Shown here in pieces: positions 44,605-53,129 of a stretch of 64,000 bases of DNA (position 1 is its first letter; each line of letters begins with the position of its first letter). Source of the stretch: Planctomycetota bacterium. Lineage in GTDB: Bacteria > Planctomycetota > UBA11346. The notes under the pieces are model-generated. The model saw nothing but the letters and a program-made list of their open reading frames with translations. It had not been told where the DNA came from and made no database searches. The DNA lies in NCBI GenBank assembly GCA_031426335.1, contig JANPLC010000168.1:16907-80906 (forward strand). Direction: 5' to 3'. The position numbers and the translations under genes are program-made.

Positions 44605-45639
44605 TCACTGCGGAAGGGACAAGCGCACCACCGTGCCGACACCTTGGACGCTCTCCAACTGGACCTCGCCACCATGACCTTCGGCCACGGCCCGCACCAG
44701 CGCCAGGCCGATGCCCGCGCCAGCCCCAGGACCACTGGCGGCGAACAGGCGGAACAGTCGCGGCTGATCCACCGTGGTGATGCCCACGCCATCATCGCGT
44801 ACGGACACCAGGCAACGCCCAAGGACCTGTTCGGCACTGATGGTGATGGTGGTCGGCCGACCAGGTGCGTGCGGTGCACTGGCATTGCGCAGCAGTTCCG
44901 CGAACGCCGCGATGAGTTGCTCAGCGTCTGCGCGCACCAGGAAATCATCGGCGACCGCTTCATGCACGGTGATGCTGGCGGGCATCTCGACCTGCGCGCG
45001 TGCCGCAGCGAGCAGCGCGCGCAGCGGACGCGGGGCGGGATCGATCACCGTCGTCCCCAGGCGCGCATAGCGCACCAACCCACGCATCTGACGTCCCAGA
45101 CGCACGGCGTTGTGTTCCATCCCCTGCAGCAGTGCTTGGTCGCGTTCGCGCGTAGAAAGCAGGGACTCTAAGCGATGTCGCAGCAATCCGGCAGAGACGC
45201 CGAGCTGGCGTACTGGCTCCTGCGCATCGTGCGACAAGGCCGTGGCGATTTGCTCAAGGAGCTGGCCGGCATTTCCCGCCGGAGCGGTGGAAACGCCAGG
45301 CAGGATCAGCTGCAGCGTGGTGTCGTCTGGTCCCGCGATCGCCTGCACGGTCGCGTTGAACTCGCGGCCATGGACGGTGCGGTAACGGCGTGCGTAAGTC
45401 ACTGCAGGTGCACCTGAGGCCAAGCGGACGAAGGCGTCGAGTTCGGCATCAAGGTCAAGTGGATGGCCGACCTGTTCGTAGCTCCACGCGGCGAGGGTCG
45501 CCGCATCGGTTTCCAACAGCCGACAAAACGCCGAGTTGACCCGCTGGTAGCGGTGCTCCGGTCCGAGCACGGCCAACGCCACGACTCCTGAGTCCCACAA
45601 CAACGACCACCAAGCGGATTCCGTTACGGTGGTCTTCAT
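44605..45639 (-). CDS. PAS-domain sensor histidine kinase
   Basis: PAS-like N-terminal half; H-box IATALSHDAQEPVRQL; HATPase G-boxes (GPGAGAGIGLALV). Confidence 0.85.
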   Translation of the reverse strand: MKTTVTESAWWSLLWDSGVVALAVLGPEHRYQRVNSAFCRLLETDAATLAAWSYEQVGHPLDLDAELDAFVRLASGAPAVTYARRYRTVHGREFNATVQAIAGPDDTTLQLILPGVSTAPAGNAGQLLEQIATALSHDAQEPVRQLGVSAGLLRHRLESLLSTRERDQALLQGMEHNAVRLGRQMRGLVRYARLGTTVIDPAPRPLRALLAAARAQVEMPASITVHEAVADDFLVRADAEQLIAAFAELLRNASAPHAPGRPTTITISAEQVLGRCLVSVRDDGVGITTVDQPRLFRLFAASGPGAGAGIGLALVRAVAEGHGGEVQLESVQGVGTVVRLSLPQ

Positions 45640-45685
45640 GGCGCAACGACTAGGGCAGGTCGCGCAGCTACGCAACTACGGGAAC

Positions 45686-45700
45686 TGGCACGGCGCTTGC
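45686..45700 (+). promoter_or_regulatory. Sigma-54 promoter match TGGCAC-GGCGC-TTGC
   Basis: Perfect -24/-12 consensus 31 nt upstream of the ATG at 45732. Confidence 0.7.
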
Positions 45701-45731
45701 CTAAGGATCAGCCACCTCTCAGGAGCATCTC

Positions 45732-45941
45732 ATGCGTTCTTGCACTCTCGGTCTGCTCATCGCCGGCCTCTGCCTCGCGTTCACCGCCTGTGGCGATGAC
45801 AACAAAGGCCCGATGGAAAAAACCGGCGAAGCGGTGGACAAAGCCGCGGAAAAAACCGGCGAGGTGATCAAAGAAGGCGCCAAGAAAACTGGCGAAGCGG
45901 TCGAGAAGGCCGGCGAAAAGGTCCAAGACGCGACGAAATGA
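45732..45941 (+). CDS. Small lipoprotein with KTGEAV repeats
   Basis: Lipobox LAFTAC; three KTGE(A/V)(V/I) repeats. Confidence 0.65.
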   Translation: MRSCTLGLLIAGLCLAFTACGDDNKGPMEKTGEAVDKAAEKTGEVIKEGAKKTGEAVEKAGEKVQDATK

Positions 45942-45998
45942 CCGGCCGAGCATGGGCACTGCGCTCACGTGTCAGTTACCCGTTCGACGAACCGCAGT

Positions 45999-46013
45999 TG
46001 GCACAGCGCGTGT
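45999..46013 (+). promoter_or_regulatory. Weak sigma-54-like match TGGCAC-AGCGC-GTGT
   Basis: -24 element perfect; -12 lacks the C; 27 nt upstream of the ATG at 46040. Confidence 0.3.
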
Positions 46014-46039
46014 CGCGGATTCATCAGGAGGGCCCGCGC

Positions 46040-46231
46040 ATGAGACTCTGGACCCTGGTTTTGCTCGCCGTCGCTGCGCTCGCAGCCGTTGCCGGCTTCG
46101 CTGGCTTGCGTGATGACAACCAAGGCATCCTGGTTGCCCGCGTCATATTTGGCATCGTGTTGCTGTTGTTCGCCAACTCATTGTTGTCCGACCGGCATGA
46201 CCCGCATCCCGATGAGCGCCGCGATCTTTGA
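46040..46231 (+). CDS. Small two-TM membrane protein
   Basis: AGGAGG RBS at 46025-46030; MRLWTLVLLAVAALAAVAGFAG... Confidence 0.55.
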   Translation: MRLWTLVLLAVAALAAVAGFAGLRDDNQGILVARVIFGIVLLLFANSLLSDRHDPHPDERRDL

Positions 46232-46307
46232 GTACGCTGCAACGGAGGTCACCCGTCTGAACGTGAGGGCGGACAGTGCGACGACGTGGCAGCCACCGAT
46301 TTCCTAC

Positions 46308-46322
46308 TGGCACGATACGTGC
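46308..46322 (+). promoter_or_regulatory. Sigma-54 promoter match TGGCAC-GATAC-GTGC
   Basis: 76 nt upstream of the ATG at 46399. Confidence 0.55.
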
Positions 46323-46398
46323 AGGGCGCTGAAGGACAGCCGCACGCAGAGAGCATCTACGCACTTAGCACACCGTCATCGACTCACGGAAGGTTCCC

Positions 46399-46854
46399 AT
46401 GCCCCCCCAGAATCAACCTATGATCGATCGCGAAACAGCGAACGAAACGCTCAACAGCCTCATGCGCGGTGAACTCGCCGCAGCCGAGACCTACCGTCAC
46501 GCCAGCACCCGTCTCGGTGTGGCCGCGCCAGAGGAACTCGCTCTCTGCCTCCAGTCGCATGACCAGCGCGCCACGCTTCTCGCTGAACACATCGTGCTCG
46601 CTGGTGGAACCCCGGTCAGCGGCAGCGGTCTGTGGGGCGCCTTCGCACGCGTCGTCGAAGGCAGCGCGGCATTGATCAGCCCCCGTGCGCTCTACGCGGC
46701 GTTGGAGGAAGGCGAAGATCAGGGGCTCACGGATTACCGTGCCGCACTTGATCGCCTCGACAGCGCAGGACTGACCTTGGTGCGCAGTGACTTGTTGCCG
46801 GAACAGATCCGCACCCACGGCCTGATGAGTTCGCTCTGCCACCGCTCCGGCTGA
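46399..46854 (+). CDS. Four-helix-bundle ferritin-like protein (DUF2383/PA2169-like)
   Basis: LNSLMRGELAAAETYRHA...ALEEGEDQGLTDYRAAL pattern. Confidence 0.6.
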   Translation: MPPQNQPMIDRETANETLNSLMRGELAAAETYRHASTRLGVAAPEELALCLQSHDQRATLLAEHIVLAGGTPVSGSGLWGAFARVVEGSAALISPRALYAALEEGEDQGLTDYRAALDRLDSAGLTLVRSDLLPEQIRTHGLMSSLCHRSG

Positions 46855-46926
46855 GCACGCTCGTTCAGCTCTTGGTTCTGCCGACCGTAGTTGCAGGCCA
46901 CCTGCCACGTGGTGATGTCCTGCCGC

Positions 46927-47823
46927 ATGCGTACCCGTAGCTCGTTCTGGTCTCCTCATGCGTGGCCTGTGCGGTGTCTGTCAGGCAGCGTGATGGCACT
47001 GGCCAGCTTGCACGCCGCCGATCCGCCGCTCCTCAGCAGCGCGGTGGTCGTCGACGGTGGCCTGACGTTTGATGAGCGACCACGCGATGGCGGCGGGTCG
47101 TTTGACGGCGACTGGCAACTCGCCGAGGCCCGCTTGTTCCTGCGTCCACATAGAGCGGTGCGCCTAGGACTCGGTGTTGGCGCGAGTCGTGAAGCCTACC
47201 ACAGCAACCAGCTGCAACACGACCTGCCGGACGACGTGCGTCAGGCCTGGGTGCGGGTGCCCATAGCTGTGATGGTCCACCAGCACTGGGGCATGACGAT
47301 CCAAGGATCGTTCGGCAGCGGATACGGTAGTGCGGCTTCGGCCAGCGATGGACGGCAATGGCAGGTGCAGGGCGGTCCGCTCTATGTGCGCGACGACGAC
47401 CTCATCATTGCGCTGCTGGTGAACGTCAGCAGCCGCATTGATGACACGCCCTCAATTTTCCCATTTCCATCGCTGTATTGGCGCTTCCATCCGGACTGGC
47501 GACTCGTGGTCGTCGACGAAGTCGACAACCTCAGCCATCTCCGTTGGCAGGTGCGCGAAAACCTCGACGTCGGCCTACGCGTCGACGTGCGCCTGCGTGA
47601 GGCGGCCATCAGCAACGACCAAACGCTGACGGATGATCACCTCGCGGTGGGGCTTCAGGCGACGTGGATGCCCGGCGGACGTGGCGGCATCGAGATCACC
47701 CCGGTCATCGGCACCATGCTCGTGCGCCGCCTCGCCGTGCGCGATGACGAGGGCAACGAAGCATGGTCATTCATCACCACACCAGCACCGTTGATCGGCC
47801 TGAATCTACGTGCGTCGTTCTGA
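46927..47823 (+). CDS. Outer-membrane beta-barrel protein (putative)
   Basis: Signal-like N-terminus ending ASLHA-ADPP, alternating beta pattern, C-terminal ...LNLRASF. Confidence 0.55.
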   Translation: MRTRSSFWSPHAWPVRCLSGSVMALASLHAADPPLLSSAVVVDGGLTFDERPRDGGGSFDGDWQLAEARLFLRPHRAVRLGLGVGASREAYHSNQLQHDLPDDVRQAWVRVPIAVMVHQHWGMTIQGSFGSGYGSAASASDGRQWQVQGGPLYVRDDDLIIALLVNVSSRIDDTPSIFPFPSLYWRFHPDWRLVVVDEVDNLSHLRWQVRENLDVGLRVDVRLREAAISNDQTLTDDHLAVGLQATWMPGGRGGIEITPVIGTMLVRRLAVRDDEGNEAWSFITTPAPLIGLNLRASF

Positions 47824-47915
47824 AACGACGACCAGCAGAGAGAACAAGAGAAACGAAGAAGGGGGACATTTCTCCCACCTCTCCGTTCCTCTTGTAAGGT
47901 CTTCTCTCCGCGTTT

Positions 47916-48119
47916 TCAGGTCCGTGAACCGCGCCAACTGAGCGCGCCACCAACGACGATCGCGGCGATGCCACCGAGCATCAGCCAGATCGATCGATCC
48001 GACGGTTCGCCAGTAAAGAATTTGGAGAAGGACGACCCGATCGATTCGCTGGCGGCGACGCCGAAGACGAACAGCACGATGCCGACCAGGATAACGACGA
48101 GGCCGAGGGGATTACGCAT
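47916..48119 (-). CDS. Small membrane protein (DUF3185-like)
   Basis: MRNPLGLVVILVGIVLFVFG...WLMLGGIAAIVVGGAL; internal start of track ORF 47916..48236. Confidence 0.55.
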   Translation of the reverse strand: MRNPLGLVVILVGIVLFVFGVAASESIGSSFSKFFTGEPSDRSIWLMLGGIAAIVVGGALSWRGSRT

Positions 48120-48157
48120 GAGAAGCTCCTTGGGAAATGGGATGGAAGAAGAGTGAT

Positions 48158-48313
48158 TCAGAGCCGTCCGTTGAGCACCAGCACCAGCAGGATGATGACT
48201 ACCAGGGCCATGGCTCCACTGGGGTAATAGCCCCAACTACGGCTGTGTGGCCAAGTCGGCAGCGCGCCGATGAGCGCGAGGATGACGATGACCAGCAGTA
48301 TGGTGGACAACAT
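48158..48313 (-). CDS. Small membrane protein (DUF3309-like, 51 aa, below the track cutoff)
   Basis: Hand translation: MLSTILLVIVILALIGALPTWPHSRSWGYYPSGAMALVVIILLVLVLNGRL; LPxWPxSRxWGYxPSG motif; GAGG RBS. Confidence 0.6.
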   Translation of the reverse strand: MLSTILLVIVILALIGALPTWPHSRSWGYYPSGAMALVVIILLVLVLNGRL

Positions 48314-48355
48314 GGCGACCTCAGGGGGTGTGCGGGAAACGCAGCCGGGAATGAA

Positions 48356-48826
48356 CTATTCGCCGAGCGTGGCGCTGAGCATCCAGGCGGTCTTGTCGTG
48401 GGCCCGAGCCCGCCCGATCAGCAGATCAGCGCTACCCTCATCCTTGCCTTCCTGCGCCATCCGTGCCGTGTTGCGACAACGCTCGGCTACTCGGCGATGA
48501 TCGTCGCGCAGAGCACGCACCAGGGTGTCGTCATCACGCGTCGCGCTTTCGCCGATGCTGCTGAGCTCAGTCAGCTGCAACATCGATGACGGCGCATCGG
48601 ATCCGAGGGCCCGCACCCGTTCCGCTAGGTCATCCGCGGCGAGGAACAACTGGGTGTACTGCTCCTCGAATGCGGCATGCAGGCGGAAGAAACCCGCCCC
48701 GCGCACATTCCAATGCGCACCGTGGGTCTTCACCGCCAGGGCATAGGTATCAGCAAGGACCTGGATGAGGTCTTTGACCACGGTGGTGGGGGCGGAGGCA
48801 GCGGTGGCGCCAGCGGTTTTGTTCAC
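48356..48826 (-). CDS. dps: Dps (DNA protection during starvation protein)
   Basis: YALAVKTHGAHWNVRGAGFFRLHAAFEEQY...DDLAERVRALG. Confidence 0.9.
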   Translation of the reverse strand: MNKTAGATAASAPTTVVKDLIQVLADTYALAVKTHGAHWNVRGAGFFRLHAAFEEQYTQLFLAADDLAERVRALGSDAPSSMLQLTELSSIGESATRDDDTLVRALRDDHRRVAERCRNTARMAQEGKDEGSADLLIGRARAHDKTAWMLSATLGE

Positions 48827-48908
48827 AGAAACTCCAGGAAGGATGGGTGAGCGGCCGGACCTGGGAGGTCCGGCCGCAAAGCGACGAAAGTAAGTGGTGA
48901 CGAACTCG

Positions 48909-49583
48909 TTAGAAACGCCCGCCGATGGTCAGCAGCACGCCAAAACCTTCGCTGCGGCGTTCATCGCTGACGCTGACTTGATTGGCTCCGTCATTGTAGT
49001 CGTAGTCCGGATCGAAGCGGCCGACGAGGTACGGCACTTCGATGCCGAGCACCAGGTCATCACCCAACGAAACGTAGGTGCCGATCTTAGCGCCGTACTC
49101 GACGTATTCGGCCCATTCATCGCTGGTTTCGGTCGAGCTACCGTCGCTGACACTGTAATAGGTGCGGCCATATCCAGCGAAGGGGGTGATTTCGAGATGC
49201 CAGGCCGGGGTGAACGCGTAGCCGTAGCCGAGCATCAAGTTGATGGTCGGGCTGGTGGCGTGGCCGTCCTGTGCACCATTGTCCCACGTCGCGTGGTTCA
49301 CGGCGACACCCAGACCATAGATGAATCCACCACCGTTACCGAGATGGCCGCCGACATACTCCACGTGCGCGCGGTAGTGCGAGTCGGCATCACGACCGTC
49401 CTCGGAGGTGCTGGTGGTGGTGACGTTCCCCTGACCATCGGTCACGGTCGTCGACGACGCGCCTTTGAATTCCTCTGACAGGACACCGGCGCTGAAGCGG
49501 ATGTCAGAGATGGTCAAATCGGCGGCGACCAGCGGGACACCGGAAAATGCCAACAGAACAACGGCGGGAGCAAGAGGACGCAT
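48909..49583 (-). CDS. Outer-membrane beta-barrel protein
   Basis: Start at MRPLAPAVVLLAFSG (ATG 49583); Gly/Tyr-rich alternating strands; C-terminal TIGGRF. Confidence 0.65.
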   Translation of the reverse strand: MRPLAPAVVLLAFSGVPLVAADLTISDIRFSAGVLSEEFKGASSTTVTDGQGNVTTTSTSEDGRDADSHYRAHVEYVGGHLGNGGGFIYGLGVAVNHATWDNGAQDGHATSPTINLMLGYGYAFTPAWHLEITPFAGYGRTYYSVSDGSSTETSDEWAEYVEYGAKIGTYVSLGDDLVLGIEVPYLVGRFDPDYDYNDGANQVSVSDERRSEGFGVLLTIGGRF

Positions 49584-49659
49584 GAGGGGACCTTTCGTTT
49601 GAGGTGAACGCATCCACGGGGCCGCAGGCGCGGCAGCGGGACACATGACACCCCTATTG

Positions 49660-49674
49660 GCAAGATGCGTGCCA
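49660..49674 (-). promoter_or_regulatory. Sigma-54 promoter match TGGCAC-GCATC-TTGC (minus strand)
   Basis: Perfect consensus 77 nt upstream of the OMP start at 49583. Confidence 0.65.
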
Positions 49675-49813
49675 AGCAGCGCGCGTCCGGAAACGGTGAA
49701 TTCGCGGTGGCCCTCGTGCGAAATGAAGGAATGGCGTACCCTCCGCCATGCAGGCGGCACGCCCGTCACCTAGGTTTTGTGCTTCAGCGAGCGTGGCGGC
49801 CTGTTCGTGCCCT

Positions 49814-49828
49814 TGGCACGCTCAGTGC
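49814..49828 (+). promoter_or_regulatory. Sigma-54 promoter match TGGCAC-GCTCA-GTGC
   Basis: 94 nt upstream of the ATG at 49922; divergent from the 49660-49674 site. Confidence 0.55.
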
Positions 49829-49921
49829 CTAGTACGATTGCCCCTCTGAGTGTTTCTGAGGGAGCGGCATCGCGCTCTGCGCGACGCCAGACCGCATCAT
49901 CCCACCTCCCAGGATCATCCC

Positions 49922-50230
49922 ATGACCATCACCGCCCGTAACCTGCAGTCCTCCACCAATGGCACCGAGTTTCGCGAAAAGCTCAGCGAACTCCGTGCGC
50001 TGATCACCGATCTGGCCAAATCCGCTCCAGCCGCGGCGGGCGAGAGCTTCGACGAACTGAAAAACAAGGCCTCCTCCATGTGCGACAGCGCGGAGAGTGG
50101 AATCGGCTCGGCCACTCACGCCGTGGTCAAGACGGTGAAGGAACATCCGGCCCAAGTCGCCATCGCCGCCGTCGGTGCCGGCCTGCTCACCTGGTGGCTG
50201 CTGTCGCGCCGGGGCGGCAAGGGCGAATAA
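49922..50230 (+). CDS. ElaB/YqjD-like (DUF883) membrane-anchored stress protein
   Basis: Helical N-terminal part, C-terminal anchor HPAQVAIAAVGAGLLTWWLLSRR. Confidence 0.65.
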   Translation: MTITARNLQSSTNGTEFREKLSELRALITDLAKSAPAAAGESFDELKNKASSMCDSAESGIGSATHAVVKTVKEHPAQVAIAAVGAGLLTWWLLSRRGGKGE

Positions 50231-50250
50231 GCGCCTGACGTCTGACGCAG

Positions 50251-50295
50251 CACCGGCCCGCCGTCCATGAGGACGGCGGGCCGGTGTGTTTTGTT
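50251..50295. terminator. Strong bidirectional-type terminator hairpin
   Basis: 16-bp stem CACCGGCCCGCCGTCC-ATGA-GGACGGCGGGCCGGTG followed by TGTTTTGTT. Confidence 0.8.
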
Positions 50296-50324
50296 AGCGC
50301 GTCACCACGCGGACAACGGCGCCA

Positions 50325-51059
50325 TTACAGGTTTTCGTCGCCGACTGGCGAGGCTTTCACTCGCAGGCTGTGGTTGAACTCACGGGCGAAATCACGCTGC
50401 CAACGCGCATTGATCAGCGCGATCACGACCATGGTCACCAGAGCGCCCAGCGCGGCGAGCGCCATGTCCTTGTGCGCGTCCCATTCATCGCCCTGAGTAC
50501 CCAGGTAACTCTGTCCGACGTCGCCGGCGAAAATCATCGCCACGCCCCACTCCAGCAGTTCGTAGAGCAGACTGGTCGACATCACCAGGTCGAGCGGCAG
50601 GTAGTAGCCCCAGAAACCTTTGACCTCGGCGATGCGCAGGAAGACCTCGCGTGCCGGGTAGGCCAGCAGCAGGCCGAACGCGAAATGCACCAGACGATCG
50701 AAATGGTTGCGGGTGAAGCCGAGCGCTTCCGTGAGGCTGAAATCGTCAACCCCGAACCACCACACCAACGTGCCGATCCAGCGATCGTAGGGCACCAAGG
50801 AGTACGTGTAGAACGCGCCGACAATGTGCAGCGCGGTGAACAGGAAAATCAGCGTGTAGCTCAAGTGACTGAGCGGGAAAATCCGTCTGGTGGTGATAAA
50901 CAGGGTGATGAACACCACCGTGAGGATGTGCTCCAAGGCGAAGTCCATCGGGTGCTCAGGACGCCAGCACCAGCAGGCGAACCATGCAACCAACACCGCG
51001 AGCAGCCACACGGGATAGCGCGGCGAACGATACCACCGTCGCAACGCGGACTCACCCAT
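50325..51059 (-). CDS. DUF2238 (YjdF-like) membrane protein
   Basis: RNHFDRLVHFAFGLL and GTQGDEWDAHKDM motifs; start taken at MGESAL. Confidence 0.7.
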   Translation of the reverse strand: MGESALRRWYRSPRYPVWLLAVLVAWFACWCWRPEHPMDFALEHILTVVFITLFITTRRIFPLSHLSYTLIFLFTALHIVGAFYTYSLVPYDRWIGTLVWWFGVDDFSLTEALGFTRNHFDRLVHFAFGLLLAYPAREVFLRIAEVKGFWGYYLPLDLVMSTSLLYELLEWGVAMIFAGDVGQSYLGTQGDEWDAHKDMALAALGALVTMVVIALINARWQRDFAREFNHSLRVKASPVGDENL

Positions 51060-51064
51060 GCAAG

Positions 51065-51373
51065 TTACCGAAGTGACCGCAAACGCAGCCACAGCACGCC
51101 CACCAGCGGAACGGCCAGCAGCGCGAGTCCGACCGTCACATCAGCCAGCACCTGATTACCGAACCATTGGCCACAAACACGCCCGAGCGCATCGCCCAGA
51201 CGTACGACGCCGACGATGACCGCCGTGAGACCCACTCCCACCAGCAGGACTACGCCGGCTAGACCAGCGACCAGTGCCAGCATGGTGCGCCGCAGTTCAC
51301 GCCGCACCGCGCGACCAACGGTGCCGACGGCATCATCGATCATTGCGGTCAGAGGACCGTGGGGCTCGTCCAT
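51065..51373 (-). CDS. Holin-X/YqjE-like membrane protein
   Basis: Two long TM helices after a charged N-terminus; sits in a yqjD/E-like gene string. Confidence 0.5.
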   Translation of the reverse strand: MDEPHGPLTAMIDDAVGTVGRAVRRELRRTMLALVAGLAGVVLLVGVGLTAVIVGVVRLGDALGRVCGQWFGNQVLADVTVGLALLAVPLVGVLWLRLRSLR

Positions 51374-51375
51374 GA

Positions 51376-51630
51376 TCAGGTCTTCGGCGGGAGACCGGCA
51401 AGCAACCACGCCACCGCCACGCCAGCGATCGCACCAACGAACAAGGGCCTGGTTACCAGGTCCGGTGCGGGCTGCTCTTCGGCGGCGGCCTCCAAGTGCT
51501 CACAGAGGCGCTCGGCAATCCGGTCGAGCTGCGCCACCACCAGATCACGAGCCTGATCGACGGCGGTGCTTGCAACCGCTCCCAAGGCGTGCCGCAAGGT
51601 CGGCGGTGCGGTCTTCACGCGCTCGTCCAC
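51376..51630 (-). CDS. Membrane-anchored helical protein (GTG start)
   Basis: GTG at 51630 right after the upstream TGA (TGAGGTG); C-terminal anchor PLFVGAIAGVAVAWLLAG. Confidence 0.45.
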   Translation of the reverse strand: MDERVKTAPPTLRHALGAVASTAVDQARDLVVAQLDRIAERLCEHLEAAAEEQPAPDLVTRPLFVGAIAGVAVAWLLAGLPPKT

Positions 51631-51631
51631 C

Positions 51632-51811
51632 TCAGACTCCGCGGCCGCGACCGCGTGAGAACAAGCTGACCAGGAAGGAAACGACGAACAGGACGAGGAA
51701 GAGGAAGAACAAGACCTTGGCGATGTCAGCGGCGCCGGCGGCAAGGCCACCGAAACCGAGCACGGCGGCGAGCAAGGCGATGAGGAAGAAAGAGGCGGAC
51801 CAGTACAGCAT
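51632..51811 (-). CDS. DUF1328 (UPF0391) small membrane protein
   Basis: [45 protein letters not shown] matches the family almost motif for motif. Confidence 0.75.
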   Translation of the reverse strand: MLYWSASFFLIALLAAVLGFGGLAAGAADIAKVLFFLFLVLFVVSFLVSLFSRGRGRGV

Positions 51812-51861
51812 GGTGGAACTCCGGTAAGGGTGCGGTGACGAGGCAGTCGTCAAAGACATCA

Positions 51862-51876
51862 GCAGTCCCTGTGCCA
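51862..51876 (-). promoter_or_regulatory. Sigma-54 promoter match TGGCAC-AGGGA-CTGC (minus strand)
   Basis: 51 nt upstream of the ATG at 51811. Confidence 0.5.
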
Positions 51877-52034
51877 ATGTCATGCGTATCACGGGGTGGC
51901 GCCCGCAGTGTTAGGCGACGGCACCCACGCACCGGTCATGCGCAGCGCACGTTCCCTCAGTCAGCAACCCTGCATTCTGCACGGCGGTGGCCGAACTTGC
52001 GGAATGAACTTCCGCTGCCTAGGATTCACGGAAC

Positions 52035-53129
52035 ATGTTGCCGTCGTTCTCTTGGATACTCCCTACCTCCACCGACGCCTCCACCGACGCCACCGTCCCC
52101 TCCGTCCCCACCAACCGTAGACGGCGGAAGTCAGTCTGGCTGATGGGCAGTGCTGTCGTGGGCCTCGTGCTGATGCTCCTGCTCGCCGCGTCTCTCCGCC
52201 CAGCTGCGGTTCTGCCCAAAGCCACACTCTTCACCATCCGCGCACCGTTTTCCGCCGCCTCGCTGCTGGCCGAATCGCGCGGCTGGTTCCGCGAAGCCGG
52301 CGTCGAGGTGACGGTCATCGAACGTCAGTCTGGGCGCACGTCACTATCTGAACTGACCGACGGTGAAGGCGATTTCGCCACCGCAGCAGAAACCCCGATC
52401 ATGTTCGCGTTGATGAAGTCGACCCCGATCAAGGTCATCGCCACCCTGGGGGTCAGCTTCGACAACACCACCTTGGTCGGGCGCAAGGATCGCGGCATCT
52501 TGTCGAGCGATGATTTGCCTGGCCATCGCGTGGGTTATGCACCGGGCACCACGTCGCAGTACTTTCTCGACACCTTCCTGGAATACCGCGGTCATCCACC
52601 AGGGTCGGTCGAACGCATTCCGCTCAAGCCTGAGCACATGACCCAGGCACTGATCGATGGCCAAGTCGACGTGATCGCCACCTGGAGCCCGCTCAACCAC
52701 GAGGCGCTGGCGGCCCTGGGTGAGAATGGCCAGGAACTACGCATCGGCAGCATCTACCGCTGGAGCTGGAACCTAGTGGCACGTAACGAGGAGCTGGCCA
52801 AAGGGCCGCTCGCCGCACCGCTCATCCGCGCCCTGATGCGAGCCACCGCGGAGATCATCCGTGACCCCCGTGGCTGTGCCGAGGAATTGTCGCCACGCCT
52901 TGGCATGCCGGTCGACAAGCTGATGCAGGCGTGGAAACAGACCAGCTTTGAGGTGACGCTCGACCAGTCACTGCTGCTCAATCTCGAACAACAGGCGCGC
53001 TGGGCGCTGGCCAGTGGCCTGACCGAGCAGAAGGACGTGCCGAATTTCCTCGTTGGTATCCACTCGCAGGCGCTGCGTTCGATCGATGGCGACATCGTCA
53101 CCCTAGTCGATGGCAAGGGCAGTCCATGA
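52035..53129 (+). CDS. Periplasmic substrate-binding protein (NMT1/SsuA-TauA-like); start uncertain
   Basis: TM/signal segment SAVVGLVLMLLLAAS; SBP-like core (GHRVGYAPGTTSQYFL...VDVIATWSP); overlaps the downstream kinase gene. Confidence 0.6.
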   Translation: MLPSFSWILPTSTDASTDATVPSVPTNRRRRKSVWLMGSAVVGLVLMLLLAASLRPAAVLPKATLFTIRAPFSAASLLAESRGWFREAGVEVTVIERQSGRTSLSELTDGEGDFATAAETPIMFALMKSTPIKVIATLGVSFDNTTLVGRKDRGILSSDDLPGHRVGYAPGTTSQYFLDTFLEYRGHPPGSVERIPLKPEHMTQALIDGQVDVIATWSPLNHEALAALGENGQELRIGSIYRWSWNLVARNEELAKGPLAAPLIRALMRATAEIIRDPRGCAEELSPRLGMPVDKLMQAWKQTSFEVTLDQSLLLNLEQQARWALASGLTEQKDVPNFLVGIHSQALRSIDGDIVTLVDGKGSP

